Source of the DNA: Bacteroidota bacterium
Lineage (GTDB): Bacteria; Bacteroidota; Bacteroidia; Chitinophagales; LD1
Direction of reading: 5' to 3'
Length of the DNA stretch: 64,000 nt
Assembly (NCBI GenBank): GCA_947476645.1
Contig: CANJRM010000007.1
Span: 686 to 64,685 of the forward strand
Below the pieces are notes generated by a model. The model made no database searches and was not told the DNA's origin. It worked only from the letters and a program-made list of their open reading frames with translations. Shown one piece after another: positions 51,617 to 60,747 of this stretch; positions within the stretch are counted from its first letter, which is position 1; each line of letters opens with the position of its first letter. The position numbers and the translations under genes were made by a program.

Positions 51617-52879
51617 CTGAACCGGTTTGCAAATTTTATTAATAAAAAAATACAGTTTCAAATACGTGTATTGGTATTGCTCTTGCTGCCGTTTATAGCC
51701 TATTTTATTTGGGAAGCGTATTGGTACACACAGGTGGGTTTGCGCATAGTGAAGTGGCATACGCATGTAGTGGAATATGTTTATGTGTGGCTGGCGGGTG
51801 TTTTTGTTTTCAGGTTGTGCAGTGGCGGCAGTTTTTCGGAGAGGGGGAAGAATCTGTTTTTGCTTTTTACTTCCATGATGATGGCATTAGGTATAATGGA
51901 AACCACCCTGCAAATAACCGGCACCACCAAAACCTATCTCGAAAATGTGAATGGAGAGTATACCAGTCCTTATTCTTCGCTGGATAGAACATGGTATCAT
52001 ACCTGGTCAAGCACCACGCACGAGCACCGGTTAAAGAAACCCGAATATGATTATTGGCGCCCGACCAACGTATTGGGTTTTGGCGACAGTACCTGGAGCT
52101 TTCCTAAAAAGACAACCGAGAAACGGCTAATGACCTTGGGCGATTCGTTTACCGAAGGCGATGGTGCGCCTTACGATTCGAGTTATGTGGCGCTGCTTAA
52201 ACAAAAACTGTTGGCTGCCGGTGATACTTTTTATGTAATGAATGCAGGCGTATGTGGCAGCGACCCTTTTGATAATTATATTAACCTCAGAGACCGTTTA
52301 CTGGTTTACAGCCCTCAGGTTATTGTGCAGGTGCTTGCTTCTAACGATTTAACCACCGATATTTTGCTGCGCGGTGGTATGGAGCGGTTTAAGGAAGACG
52401 GCACTCAGCAATACAAAAGCGCACCCTGGTGGGAACCTGTTTATGCGTTCAGCTATATCAGCCGTTTGTTTTTTAAAAAGGCGGGGTATAATGAACTGTT
52501 GCGCAAAGGAGGATTGACTGCGGCAGAGGAAAAAGAATTGAACGCGCAGCTAAGCGCTTTGTTTAAAACCTATGCCTGGCTTTGCCGGCAAAACCAAATA
52601 AAGCTGATAGTGGTGCTTAGACCCGACCGCGGGGAACTGGCAGTTAATAAATATGATTATGATTTCTCGGCTATTCTAAGCGGCTTACAAGCCGATTCAG
52701 TAAAGGTGATTGACCTGTTGCCCGCTTACCAAAGCTATATGCAAAAAAACCACAGCCAATCAACTGCTTATTTCTGGCGTTATGACGGACACCACAACGC
52801 TGCCGGGTATGAAATGATGGCGCAAAGTATTTTTGAAAACATTTCGCCTTTGCTTCGCGATACCTCTATGGTTCCGTGA
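51617..52879 (+). CDS. Membrane-anchored SGNH/GDSL protein (probable CTG start)
   Basis: LGDSFTEG, NAGVCGSD, ASND, DGHHN; frame is open upstream of the tracked 51671 start and aligns with the paralog's N-terminus. Confidence 0.8.
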   Translation: MNRFANFINKKIQFQIRVLVLLLLPFIAYFIWEAYWYTQVGLRIVKWHTHVVEYVYVWLAGVFVFRLCSGGSFSERGKNLFLLFTSMMMALGIMETTLQITGTTKTYLENVNGEYTSPYSSLDRTWYHTWSSTTHEHRLKKPEYDYWRPTNVLGFGDSTWSFPKKTTEKRLMTLGDSFTEGDGAPYDSSYVALLKQKLLAAGDTFYVMNAGVCGSDPFDNYINLRDRLLVYSPQVIVQVLASNDLTTDILLRGGMERFKEDGTQQYKSAPWWEPVYAFSYISRLFFKKAGYNELLRKGGLTAAEEKELNAQLSALFKTYAWLCRQNQIKLIVVLRPDRGELAVNKYDYDFSAILSGLQADSVKVIDLLPAYQSYMQKNHSQSTAYFWRYDGHHNAAGYEMMAQSIFENISPLLRDTSMVP

Positions 52880-52919
52880 AAAATAAAGTTCCCTATTTTG
52901 CCGCTTTAAACAGAACACC

Positions 52920-54185
52920 TTGGGCAAGTTAACTGCGTTTATCAATAACAAGCGAGTCGTTCAATTATTTTGCGGGGCTATTTTGCTGCTCTTTCTTACT
53001 GCCTGTTTAGTATGGCAGGTGTATGCCTTTACACAGTTGGGGTTACGCGCTATAAAATGGCACACGCATTTGTTGGAGTATGTTTATGTATGGCTGGCAG
53101 GTGTTTTTATTTTCCGGATTTTGGGCGGCAGAAATTTTTCTGAAAAAACAAAAAAGCTTTTTCTGGGTTTTAGCTCCATCGTATTTGTGCTGGGTATGGT
53201 AGAAACGTTTCTGGGGCTAACGGGTATGGTGACCACTTACTTAGAGCGGCAGCACGGAGGGTATGTGAGTGTGTATGAACAGCAGATTCGGCCGCGGTAT
53301 CATGCCTGGCCCGCTGCCGATTACCGGCATGCTTTACAAAAGCCCGAATATTTTTACTGGCGACCTACCAATGCCTGCGGTTTTGCCGATGAAGAATGGC
53401 GGGTGGATAAAAAACCACACGAGAAACGACTGCTTGCCTTAGGCGATTCGTTTACCGAAGGGGACGGCACCCCCTTCGATTCGACTTATGTAGTTTTACT
53501 GCAACAAAAACTAATGGCTGCCGGTGATTCTTTTTATGTGATGAACGCGGGTGTGGCTGGTAGCGACCCTTTTGACAATTACATCAATTTGAAAGAGCGT
53601 TTATTAGTTTACCAACCCGATGTGATTATACAAACCATATCCGCTACCGATTTAACCGCTGATATACGGCTGCGCGGAGGCATGGAACGGTTTCAACCAA
53701 ACGGCACTCAAAAATTTAAACCCGCTCCGTGGTGGGAACCCCTCTATGCCGTTAGCTATATCAGCCGTTTGTTTTTTAAGGCAGCGGGCTACACGCAATT
53801 GCTTAGAAAAGAGCGGCTGAGTGCCGAAGAAGAAAATACACTGAACACGCAGGTAAGCGCTTTGCTAAAAGAGTATGCATTGCTATGCCGCCAAAACCAT
53901 ATTCGCCTGCTACTGCTGCTGCGACCCGACCGCAAAGAAATTAAACAACATACCTATGCTTTTGACTTTTCGGTTATAAAAACCTGCCTTAAAGCCGACA
54001 GCAGCATAACCGTAATTGACTTAATGCCCGCTTACCTTAGTTATATTGAAAAGAGAAATAAAAAAGTAACCGATTACTTTTGGGAAATGGATGGGCACCA
54101 TAACCCCGAGGGTTATGAAATGATGGCGCAAACTGTTTTTGAAAATATTACCCCCCTGCTCAAAGATACAACAACGGGTTGGTAG
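52920..54185 (+). CDS. Membrane-anchored SGNH/GDSL protein, tandem paralog
   Basis: LGDSFTEG, NAGVAGSD, DGHHN; many identical blocks with upstream gene. Confidence 0.85.
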   Translation: MGKLTAFINNKRVVQLFCGAILLLFLTACLVWQVYAFTQLGLRAIKWHTHLLEYVYVWLAGVFIFRILGGRNFSEKTKKLFLGFSSIVFVLGMVETFLGLTGMVTTYLERQHGGYVSVYEQQIRPRYHAWPAADYRHALQKPEYFYWRPTNACGFADEEWRVDKKPHEKRLLALGDSFTEGDGTPFDSTYVVLLQQKLMAAGDSFYVMNAGVAGSDPFDNYINLKERLLVYQPDVIIQTISATDLTADIRLRGGMERFQPNGTQKFKPAPWWEPLYAVSYISRLFFKAAGYTQLLRKERLSAEEENTLNTQVSALLKEYALLCRQNHIRLLLLLRPDRKEIKQHTYAFDFSVIKTCLKADSSITVIDLMPAYLSYIEKRNKKVTDYFWEMDGHHNPEGYEMMAQTVFENITPLLKDTTTGW

Positions 54186-54302
54186 AATATTGCGCCCTTG
54201 ATGTTTGCCCTTTTGCTTAGAACGGTACACCTGCCCAACTCTCTGAAGCGAATCACCACCGCCCCAAAAAAATTTTCTTGTATTTTTCATAGCTAAAACT
54301 TA

Positions 54303-54581
54303 ATGACTATGGAAAAACCAAAATTCATTGAAAACCCGTTTGGCGAACCGATACTTAAAACGGTTAACCTGTTGGCAAAAGACCTTGGCGTAAAACAAAT
54401 TGCCGATGTGAGCTGCCTTTCTGACCACACGGTAGAAGGACATACCAAAATAATACGAGCAGGTATGCACTGTACTACTATTTACGGAGCGCTGCTGCGC
54501 ATGATTGCCGTGGGTTTAATAAGCCGCCAGCAATTAATACAGAACCTGCCCGCAGGTTGGGAGCAATACATTTTGCTCTAA
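54303..54581 (+). CDS. Stand-alone LuxR/GerE-type helix-turn-helix protein
   Basis: LLAKDLGVKQIADVSCLSDHTVEGHTKII…AVGLI fits the LuxR HTH pattern (LLA.G.S.KEIA..L.IS..TV..H..NI…GLI). Confidence 0.65.
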   Translation: MTMEKPKFIENPFGEPILKTVNLLAKDLGVKQIADVSCLSDHTVEGHTKIIRAGMHCTTIYGALLRMIAVGLISRQQLIQNLPAGWEQYILL

Positions 54582-54619
54582 ACAGCACTAAGCCCTGCAA
54601 CATGCACAAAACGTAAATA

Positions 54620-54664
54620 CCCTGAATTCAGGGGTTGTGAAAGCATGTAACTGCCTTACTTTTG
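54620..54664 (+). promoter_or_regulatory. Perfect 14-bp palindrome abutting a -33/-7 promoter
   Basis: CCCTGAATTCAGGG (54620-54633), GTTG (54634-54637), 19-nt spacer, TACTTTTG (54657-54664). Confidence 0.6.
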
Positions 54665-54669
54665 TCTTT

Positions 54670-54686
54670 GTTCTTTGAGTTAATAG
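54670..54686 (+). promoter_or_regulatory. boxA-like motif at the predicted transcript 5' end
   Basis: GTTCTTTGAGTTAATAG; also present at array locus 1. Confidence 0.4.
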
Positions 54687-54701
54687 AGTGCAGCATATAA
54701 A

Positions 54702-54850
54702 CGAGCCGTTAGTTCTATAAAGAAACGGGCAGTCGCACATATACGAGTAGTCATTTCTTTAAAGAAACACCGGGTCGTAAACAAACGAGTGGTCATTTCT
54801 TTGAAGAAACACCGAGTCGTTTGTGCTGAAAATCAATCAGTTAAGTAAAA
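54702..54850 (+). repeat. Array of three 42-bp imperfect palindromic units plus conserved tail (locus 2)
   Basis: Units start at 54702, 54744, 54786; tail tcgtttgtgctgaaaatcaatcagttaagtaaaa is 32/34 identical to the locus 1 reverse complement. Confidence 0.9.
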
Positions 54851-54888
54851 GCAAGTATTTTTTAATCCAAAAACCAAGAAAAAAAACC

Positions 54889-55822
54889 ATGGGAACTATA
54901 TCCAGAAAATTACCCGACAGCAACCCCACCCGCAGAGCCGCCCTTAAAGCCGCCAAGCAGAAAAAAATAAGCAGCCCTATAGCCACCGATGTGCTGCGGG
55001 CAACCACCATTACTTTTATAGATGCCGCACAGCCCAATTACGAAACCAAGTGCATAGCCGTGGACAATGCCCTTTCGGTTTCTGCCGCTGCCAATGCCGC
55101 CAAAGATGTGGTGCAGGCCGACCTTCACCTCTATGCTTCGCATTATATCATGGTTTTCAATTTAGCTATCAGGCGAAATTTAATACCTAAAGAGGAGCGC
55201 AGCCGCTACGGGTTAGATATTAACAGCGATGCCCTGCCGCCTATGGATACCGAAGCCGATTTGCAGCAGGTAGCCGAAACGATTGTAACAGCCGATGCCG
55301 CGCGGGTGCTGGCGGGGGGGTATGGCTATGGCAAATCCTACAGCGGCAGAAGTAGCCAGCCGGCTCACCCTGTTTTTAACCAAGCTGACCGATGCCACCG
55401 AAAAGAAAGACCTGTTAGACACCGCTCAGGAAACTTTAAATAATCTTGCCAGCGATGTGGACATACTTATTTTGAGAGTGTGGGATGAGGTGGAAAGTTA
55501 TTTCAACAGTGAACCCGCAGAGAGCAAACGCGCCAATGCCCGCGAGTGGGGAGTCATTTATATAAGTATAGGTTCACCTACCAATTTAGAACTTACGGTG
55601 CTGCTGCCCGGTGGCGCACCCGCGGTGGGCTACACGGTAAAATTGGTAGACGGGCGCATGACCCGCGATACCGATGCGCTGGGAAAAGTGGAAATGACTA
55701 CTACTTTAAATGGGGAACTTAGAATTGAAGTGCAGTTAGGGGCAGATACTTCCTCCAAATTTGAAACCACTATTACCGTTGTTGAATCGGTTACTTACAC
55801 CGGCACTATTCAGTTGACGTAA
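54889..55822 (+). pseudogene. Helical Bacteroidota hypothetical protein with C-terminal beta-sandwich, split by a 1-nt frameshift in a G7 tract
   Basis: Removing one G from 55314-55320 joins ORFs 54823..55443 and 55295..55822 into 310 aa (…AARVLAGG|MAMANPTAAEV…). Confidence 0.75.
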
Positions 55823-55839
55823 GCCGTAAATTTTTCTGC

Positions 55840-55876
55840 AAACCCGCTTTAGTGCAATAGCTGAAGCGGGTTTTTG
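55840..55876. terminator. Intrinsic terminator
   Basis: aaacccgctttag-n8-ctgaagcgggttttt. Confidence 0.8.
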
Positions 55877-55909
55877 TATGCGGAATAAAGCAGGCAAAAA
55901 ATAATTGAA

Positions 55910-56260
55910 TTAAGCCTTGCGCTCTTTTTCCAACACTTTTTCTATTTGCGGAATCAATTTTGGAATATCGTAGCTTATTATCTTCCAAACTATACTCAGG
56001 TCAACTCCCAGGTAATCGTGGGCAATCCGGTTTCTGATGCCTACCATTTTAATCCAATCCAGTTCGCTCCATTTCAATTTTACATCTACCGGAATTTTGT
56101 TGCTGTATTCTCCCACATTCAATACACTGAACAAAATTGCTTTCTTTTTTTCAACATCCACCAGCAGGTCGTTATAGACTAACCCTTTTGCCTTCATGCC
56201 TTCAATATCGCGGCATTCCTGTAAAATAGTTTCAAGGTAAGGCAGGTAATCTTTAGGCAT
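55910..56260 (-). CDS. hepT: HEPN/DUF86 RNase toxin
   Basis: RNRIAHDY (Rx4HxY), VGE, IVWKII; follows the MNT gene. Confidence 0.88.
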   Translation of the reverse strand: MPKDYLPYLETILQECRDIEGMKAKGLVYNDLLVDVEKKKAILFSVLNVGEYSNKIPVDVKLKWSELDWIKMVGIRNRIAHDYLGVDLSIVWKIISYDIPKLIPQIEKVLEKERKA

Positions 56261-56549
56261 ATACCACTTCTTTCAAAATGTTCGGCCCAATCATTTTGTT
56301 GAGTCCTCCTTTGGTAACAATAGAAACTTTTGTTCCGGCAAATAATCCTTCCAGCAGGTCGCAGGCTTCTGCATATCGGCTAAAGGCAAATTTATCATAG
56401 TCCACATCTACCAGAATATCTATATCGCTTTGCGCATGTTGTTCTCCGCGCACATAAGAGCCATACAAACCTACCTGCTTCACCCCCAGCAATTGCAAAT
56501 CGGGTAAAGATTGATGGAGCATGTTTAATATAGATTGACCGGTCAGCAT
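56253..56549 (-). CDS. mntA: Minimal nucleotidyltransferase antitoxin
   Basis: GLYGSYVRGEQHAQSDIDILVD; 8-nt overlap with the HEPN gene. Confidence 0.88.
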   Translation of the reverse strand: MLTGQSILNMLHQSLPDLQLLGVKQVGLYGSYVRGEQHAQSDIDILVDVDYDKFAFSRYAEACDLLEGLFAGTKVSIVTKGGLNKMIGPNILKEVVYA

Positions 56550-56810
56550 TTTTGTTTTCGTACAGCGAATTTAATTCAAAACTTCGGAAATTCTGCCTTG
56601 TTGATGCCTATTGGTCCACAGACAGGTTTTCACCAACAAACCAAAACCCGCTTTAGCTTTTACACTAAAGCGTGTTTTTGTTTTTAGAAAGTTTGAATTT
56701 GATGAGCAAACTATCCTGCTCCAATTTGCGCAGACAAAAAATAATTTTTGCCATTACACATTTAGCGTTTACTTTTCGCACCACAATTTATTGGCATCAA
56801 ATTCTACCCT

Positions 56811-58811
56811 ATGAATAAACAAATACGCGCGCTTTTTTCCGCCACCGTGTTTATCTTGCTTACCGGTTTACTAACCGCACAAAATAATGTAGGCATAGGC
56901 ACCGCTACCCCAAGCCCCAGCTCGGTACTCGATGTAACCGCCATAGATAAAGGTGTGCTTATACCGCGCCTTACCACTTTGCAGCGCACCGGCATAGCTG
57001 CACCCGCCAACGGTTTAATGGTATATGATACCGACCTCAACTGCTTTTGCTATTACAACTCGCTGCAATGGATTACCCTTTGCAGTGCGGGTGGAGCTTC
57101 ATCTATTAATTCACTTACCTGGGCTTGCAATGCTTCTACCGGTGATACCGGCACCCTCTCCCTCAACACCGCTACTGCCAATTATACAGCCGCACTTCCG
57201 GTTTGGCATTTAGGCGGGGCTAACGCCACCCCTAACGATTATTTAGGCACCGCCAACAATGCCGATATTCAAATAGCTACCAACAATGCCAACTGCACCT
57301 TCGACCCGCAAAAACAAAAAATGATTATTACCAAAAGCGGAAACGTGGGCATAGGAAGTTTCAACGGCACCACACCCACTCTGCCGCAAAACAAACTGCT
57401 GGTGCAAACCGGCAAAATTGTAGACAAGTATAATTTCCTTTACACCAATGTGCAGCTCACTCCTAATAATATAGGCATACTGTCGCAGGGCGGTAACGAC
57501 AGCGCCACTGCCGTTAATGCGGCTATCGTTGGTTTATCCGATAACAATCATGTGCGGGGTAACATAGGCACTATGGGTTTGGCACTGGGCACCGGCACTA
57601 ACTTCAACATTGGTTTATCGGGCTTTGCCGTAGGCGATAGTACCCAGAACACCGGTGTATCGGCAAGTGCCTTAGGTAACGATGCCCGAAATACAGCGGT
57701 AGATGCTACAGCTTCAGGAATTTCCGATGCCAACATAGGGGTAAGCGGTATAGCCAAAGATTCCAGATTTATCAATTTCGGGGTACTGGGTTCGGCAAAC
57801 GATTCGTTGAATCCCACCATTCAGAATGTAGGCGTGCAGGGAAATTCCGCATTCGCCACCATGACCAATAGCGGAGTACGCGGCTTTAGTAGTAATGGTC
57901 CCGAAAACCGCGGAGTGGAAGGATGGGCTAATCAGGACAATACCATCAACACAGGGGTGTATGCGCTTACACACGGCATGGGATCAAGCACCATGAACTC
58001 CGGTGTAACCACCTGGGTAGACGGTGCCAATAACAATACATTTTCAACCAACGGTTGTTATAACTGTAACCACTATAACGCGGGGGTAATAGGGCAGGTG
58101 AGGGGCGATAACAGCGTAAACGTAGGTACCTTCGGCACTATACTTCCGTTCAACGGAGCGGGCAATGCCAACAGCGATTGCATTGGAGCCATTGGCTCAG
58201 TCAGGTTGCAGGGAATTAAAAGTGCCATTGGCGTACTGGGCGAAGTGTTAGATTATTTCTCTACCAGTTTTAACTATGGGGTGCTGGGTCGGCAGCCTGG
58301 TTCTATACCCCCCACTTCACCCAATATTGCCCCTTGTTTTCCCTGCCCTGTTTCCTATGCCGGTTATTTTGAAGGCGATGTTTTTTGTGCGGCTACTTAT
58401 TATTACAGCGACCCTAAACTAAAAACCAATGTGCACGATTACAGCGGTGCAGTTGCTCAACTGCGTCAACTCAACATTAAGCAGTATAGTTTTAAAACCG
58501 AAGAATTTCCTTACCTCAACATGCCGCAGGGTGAGCAGGTAGGCGTACTCTCCACCGAAATGAAATTGGTATTTCCCAATTTGGTGAAACATTCTATTAG
58601 CCCCGGCATAGGAAACGATAGAAAGGATTTGGATTTTGAGGCCGTTAATTACAATGCGCTTATTCCGGTATTGGTACAGGCAGTAAAAGAATTAGACAGC
58701 AAAACCGGCACTGCCGAAACCATAGCCGAGTTGAAAACTGCCAATGCAGAACTTAAAAAATCAATTGCCGATTTGCAGCGGCAAATGGATGCCATTAAAC
58801 AGAAGCAGTAA
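56811..58811 (+). CDS. Secreted fibre-like protein with Gly/Asn repeats and C-terminal peptidase S74 intramolecular chaperone
   Basis: Signal peptide; NVGIGT..P, KGVLIPR, GLMVYDTD; periodic N.GV.G repeats; YSDPKLKTNV, VNYNALIPVLVQAVKEL, coiled coil. Confidence 0.85.
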   Translation: MNKQIRALFSATVFILLTGLLTAQNNVGIGTATPSPSSVLDVTAIDKGVLIPRLTTLQRTGIAAPANGLMVYDTDLNCFCYYNSLQWITLCSAGGASSINSLTWACNASTGDTGTLSLNTATANYTAALPVWHLGGANATPNDYLGTANNADIQIATNNANCTFDPQKQKMIITKSGNVGIGSFNGTTPTLPQNKLLVQTGKIVDKYNFLYTNVQLTPNNIGILSQGGNDSATAVNAAIVGLSDNNHVRGNIGTMGLALGTGTNFNIGLSGFAVGDSTQNTGVSASALGNDARNTAVDATASGISDANIGVSGIAKDSRFINFGVLGSANDSLNPTIQNVGVQGNSAFATMTNSGVRGFSSNGPENRGVEGWANQDNTINTGVYALTHGMGSSTMNSGVTTWVDGANNNTFSTNGCYNCNHYNAGVIGQVRGDNSVNVGTFGTILPFNGAGNANSDCIGAIGSVRLQGIKSAIGVLGEVLDYFSTSFNYGVLGRQPGSIPPTSPNIAPCFPCPVSYAGYFEGDVFCAATYYYSDPKLKTNVHDYSGAVAQLRQLNIKQYSFKTEEFPYLNMPQGEQVGVLSTEMKLVFPNLVKHSISPGIGNDRKDLDFEAVNYNALIPVLVQAVKELDSKTGTAETIAELKTANAELKKSIADLQRQMDAIKQKQ

Positions 58812-58833
58812 AAAGGAATTGGAGGTTTGCTCC

Positions 58834-60690
58834 TTACGCCATCACAGGTAAAATATACCTCGAAGAAGACTCCACTACCCTAAAGGCAATGTACTCAGGC
58901 GCATGGGTATCGAGGTCGTGCAGCATACCCACCATAGGTGCCTGCAAAGCCATAGCTATAAGAATATCTTCGGTTATGTTATCAGTCAAATGAATTTTCA
59001 CATTTTCGAAATTGGTTTTATAGAATTCTAATTTCGTTTGTTTTTCATTGGCAGTAAGGGGTTCCATTTTTGCCAAATGGTTTTCAATGCGGTTATACAA
59101 TTCAGCTCGCATTTCATTTATTTCGCCCACCGGCAATTCGGTTCTTTCAATAAATGAAGATTGAAGCAAGGGCTGCACGGCCACTTCTTTAGCACCAATA
59201 CCAATATACCGCAGTAGTTTATTTAATCCGGTTCCGTGTTTTGCTTTATATCCTTCGGGGTTTTCGAGGCTTTCCCAGGCTTCCAGCAAAAATTGCTTGT
59301 CTCCTTTCGACCAGCTACTAAAATATTTTACATAAAGCGGGTCACCAAAATAATAAGAAAACTCCCCCTTACGTGCCACCCGAATAGATTCCAACACATC
59401 AATTAAAAGCAAAAATCGTTGTTTACGTTTCTCCAGGGTACTTTCCTTCGACTCCCAGTGGCCAAGCAAGCCCGAAAGATTAGTTACCATACCCGGTTTA
59501 TCGTGTTCATATTTGGCATTGGGTCCAAAAGCATTGGCGGTTACATGGCTCAGTACATTCGGGTTTTTGATAAACCATTGCAATGTTTCATCAAAGTCAG
59601 CATCGCTTTCAGTAGGGTAACCGTAAATAATCCAGCTCTCTGTTTTTATGCCTTCGTTGGCAAACATGCGGCACATTTTATCGGCATCGTCATACCGCGA
59701 TGACTTACCCATTTCTTTTTGCACCCGCGAGGAAAAACTTTCTACCCCCAGCGAAACACTTTGCATACCGCTTCTGCGCAGTTTATTTAAAAACGGCTGT
59801 GTAATCAATCGCTCCACCCGCGTGCCATACACACTCCACGGCATCACCAACCCTTCGGCTATCACCAGGTCGCAATACTCATCTAACTGCCGCATGGTTT
59901 TAGAAGAAATCAATGAATCATCATTGAACATATACTCCGTAATGTTGTATTTCTTAACGTGGTGTTTCAGTTCGTCAAACACATTTTGACCTCCGCGCGA
60001 GCGCTGTGTAAGATGGTTCCATTTGTTTTCGCAATAGTTGCAATTGAGAATACACCCTCTTGAAAAAAGAATAGGTAATTTATGAGGGCTTGGATAGGCA
60101 TTCCTGTCAAAATCGGTAAAATCAGGATAGGGAATAGCATCAATATTTTGCAGATTCGTGTGCCCGGTATAAACATATTTACCGGCAGGGTCTTTCATCC
60201 AAAGCTGCTTTAATTTGCCAAAGTCACCCTTTTGTTCGTAGCATTTTACAAACTCAACCAAAGCGGCTTCGCCTTCGCCTTCTATTACGTAATCTGAAAA
60301 CGTAAGCGCCTCCTGAATGCATCCCATGTTTTCGCGGGTAAGGCTGGGTCCACCGCTCACTAGCATAACCTCCGGCAATAGTTTGCGCACTTCTTTAGCT
60401 ACCAGTGCCGAGTTCCGAAGATTAGAACCCAAAAGACTGAATCCTACCACAGCAGGTTTCTCATCGCAAATTTGTTTCGCCCAGTTTTTATAAAGCTCCG
60501 GATGTGCAGCTATGTATTCTTCGGCACCGCGGTCGCCCAATGCCGAAACCATGAACGGTCGAAACTGAATGGAAAAATCAATGCATTTGCATTCGTAGCC
60601 CGCGTGCTGCAAACTGCCTTTTAAAAAAGCAAGTGCTAAATTGGGCGTAACCGATTCCCACACCGGAGCTAAGGCAAGAACTACTTTCAT
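58834..60690 (-). CDS. B12-binding-domain radical SAM enzyme with C-terminal extension
   Basis: PNLALAFLKGSL, SGGP, EGEGE, SRGCILNCNYC, GVES. Confidence 0.9.
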   Translation of the reverse strand: MKVVLALAPVWESVTPNLALAFLKGSLQHAGYECKCIDFSIQFRPFMVSALGDRGAEEYIAAHPELYKNWAKQICDEKPAVVGFSLLGSNLRNSALVAKEVRKLLPEVMLVSGGPSLTRENMGCIQEALTFSDYVIEGEGEAALVEFVKCYEQKGDFGKLKQLWMKDPAGKYVYTGHTNLQNIDAIPYPDFTDFDRNAYPSPHKLPILFSRGCILNCNYCENKWNHLTQRSRGGQNVFDELKHHVKKYNITEYMFNDDSLISSKTMRQLDEYCDLVIAEGLVMPWSVYGTRVERLITQPFLNKLRRSGMQSVSLGVESFSSRVQKEMGKSSRYDDADKMCRMFANEGIKTESWIIYGYPTESDADFDETLQWFIKNPNVLSHVTANAFGPNAKYEHDKPGMVTNLSGLLGHWESKESTLEKRKQRFLLLIDVLESIRVARKGEFSYYFGDPLYVKYFSSWSKGDKQFLLEAWESLENPEGYKAKHGTGLNKLLRYIGIGAKEVAVQPLLQSSFIERTELPVGEINEMRAELYNRIENHLAKMEPLTANEKQTKLEFYKTNFENVKIHLTDNITEDILIAMALQAPMVGMLHDLDTHAPEYIAFRVVESSSRYILPVMA

Positions 60691-60747
60691 AACTCGTAAC
60701 AGTTGTTGTTGCGGGTAAAGGTGAACAATAAAAATTGGTCCAGCAAA

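Noticed and set aside
56811-58811. Prophage tail fibre
   Set aside because: It has a Sec signal peptide and no phage genes nearby. Such S74-chaperone proteins are common chromosomal genes in Bacteroidota.
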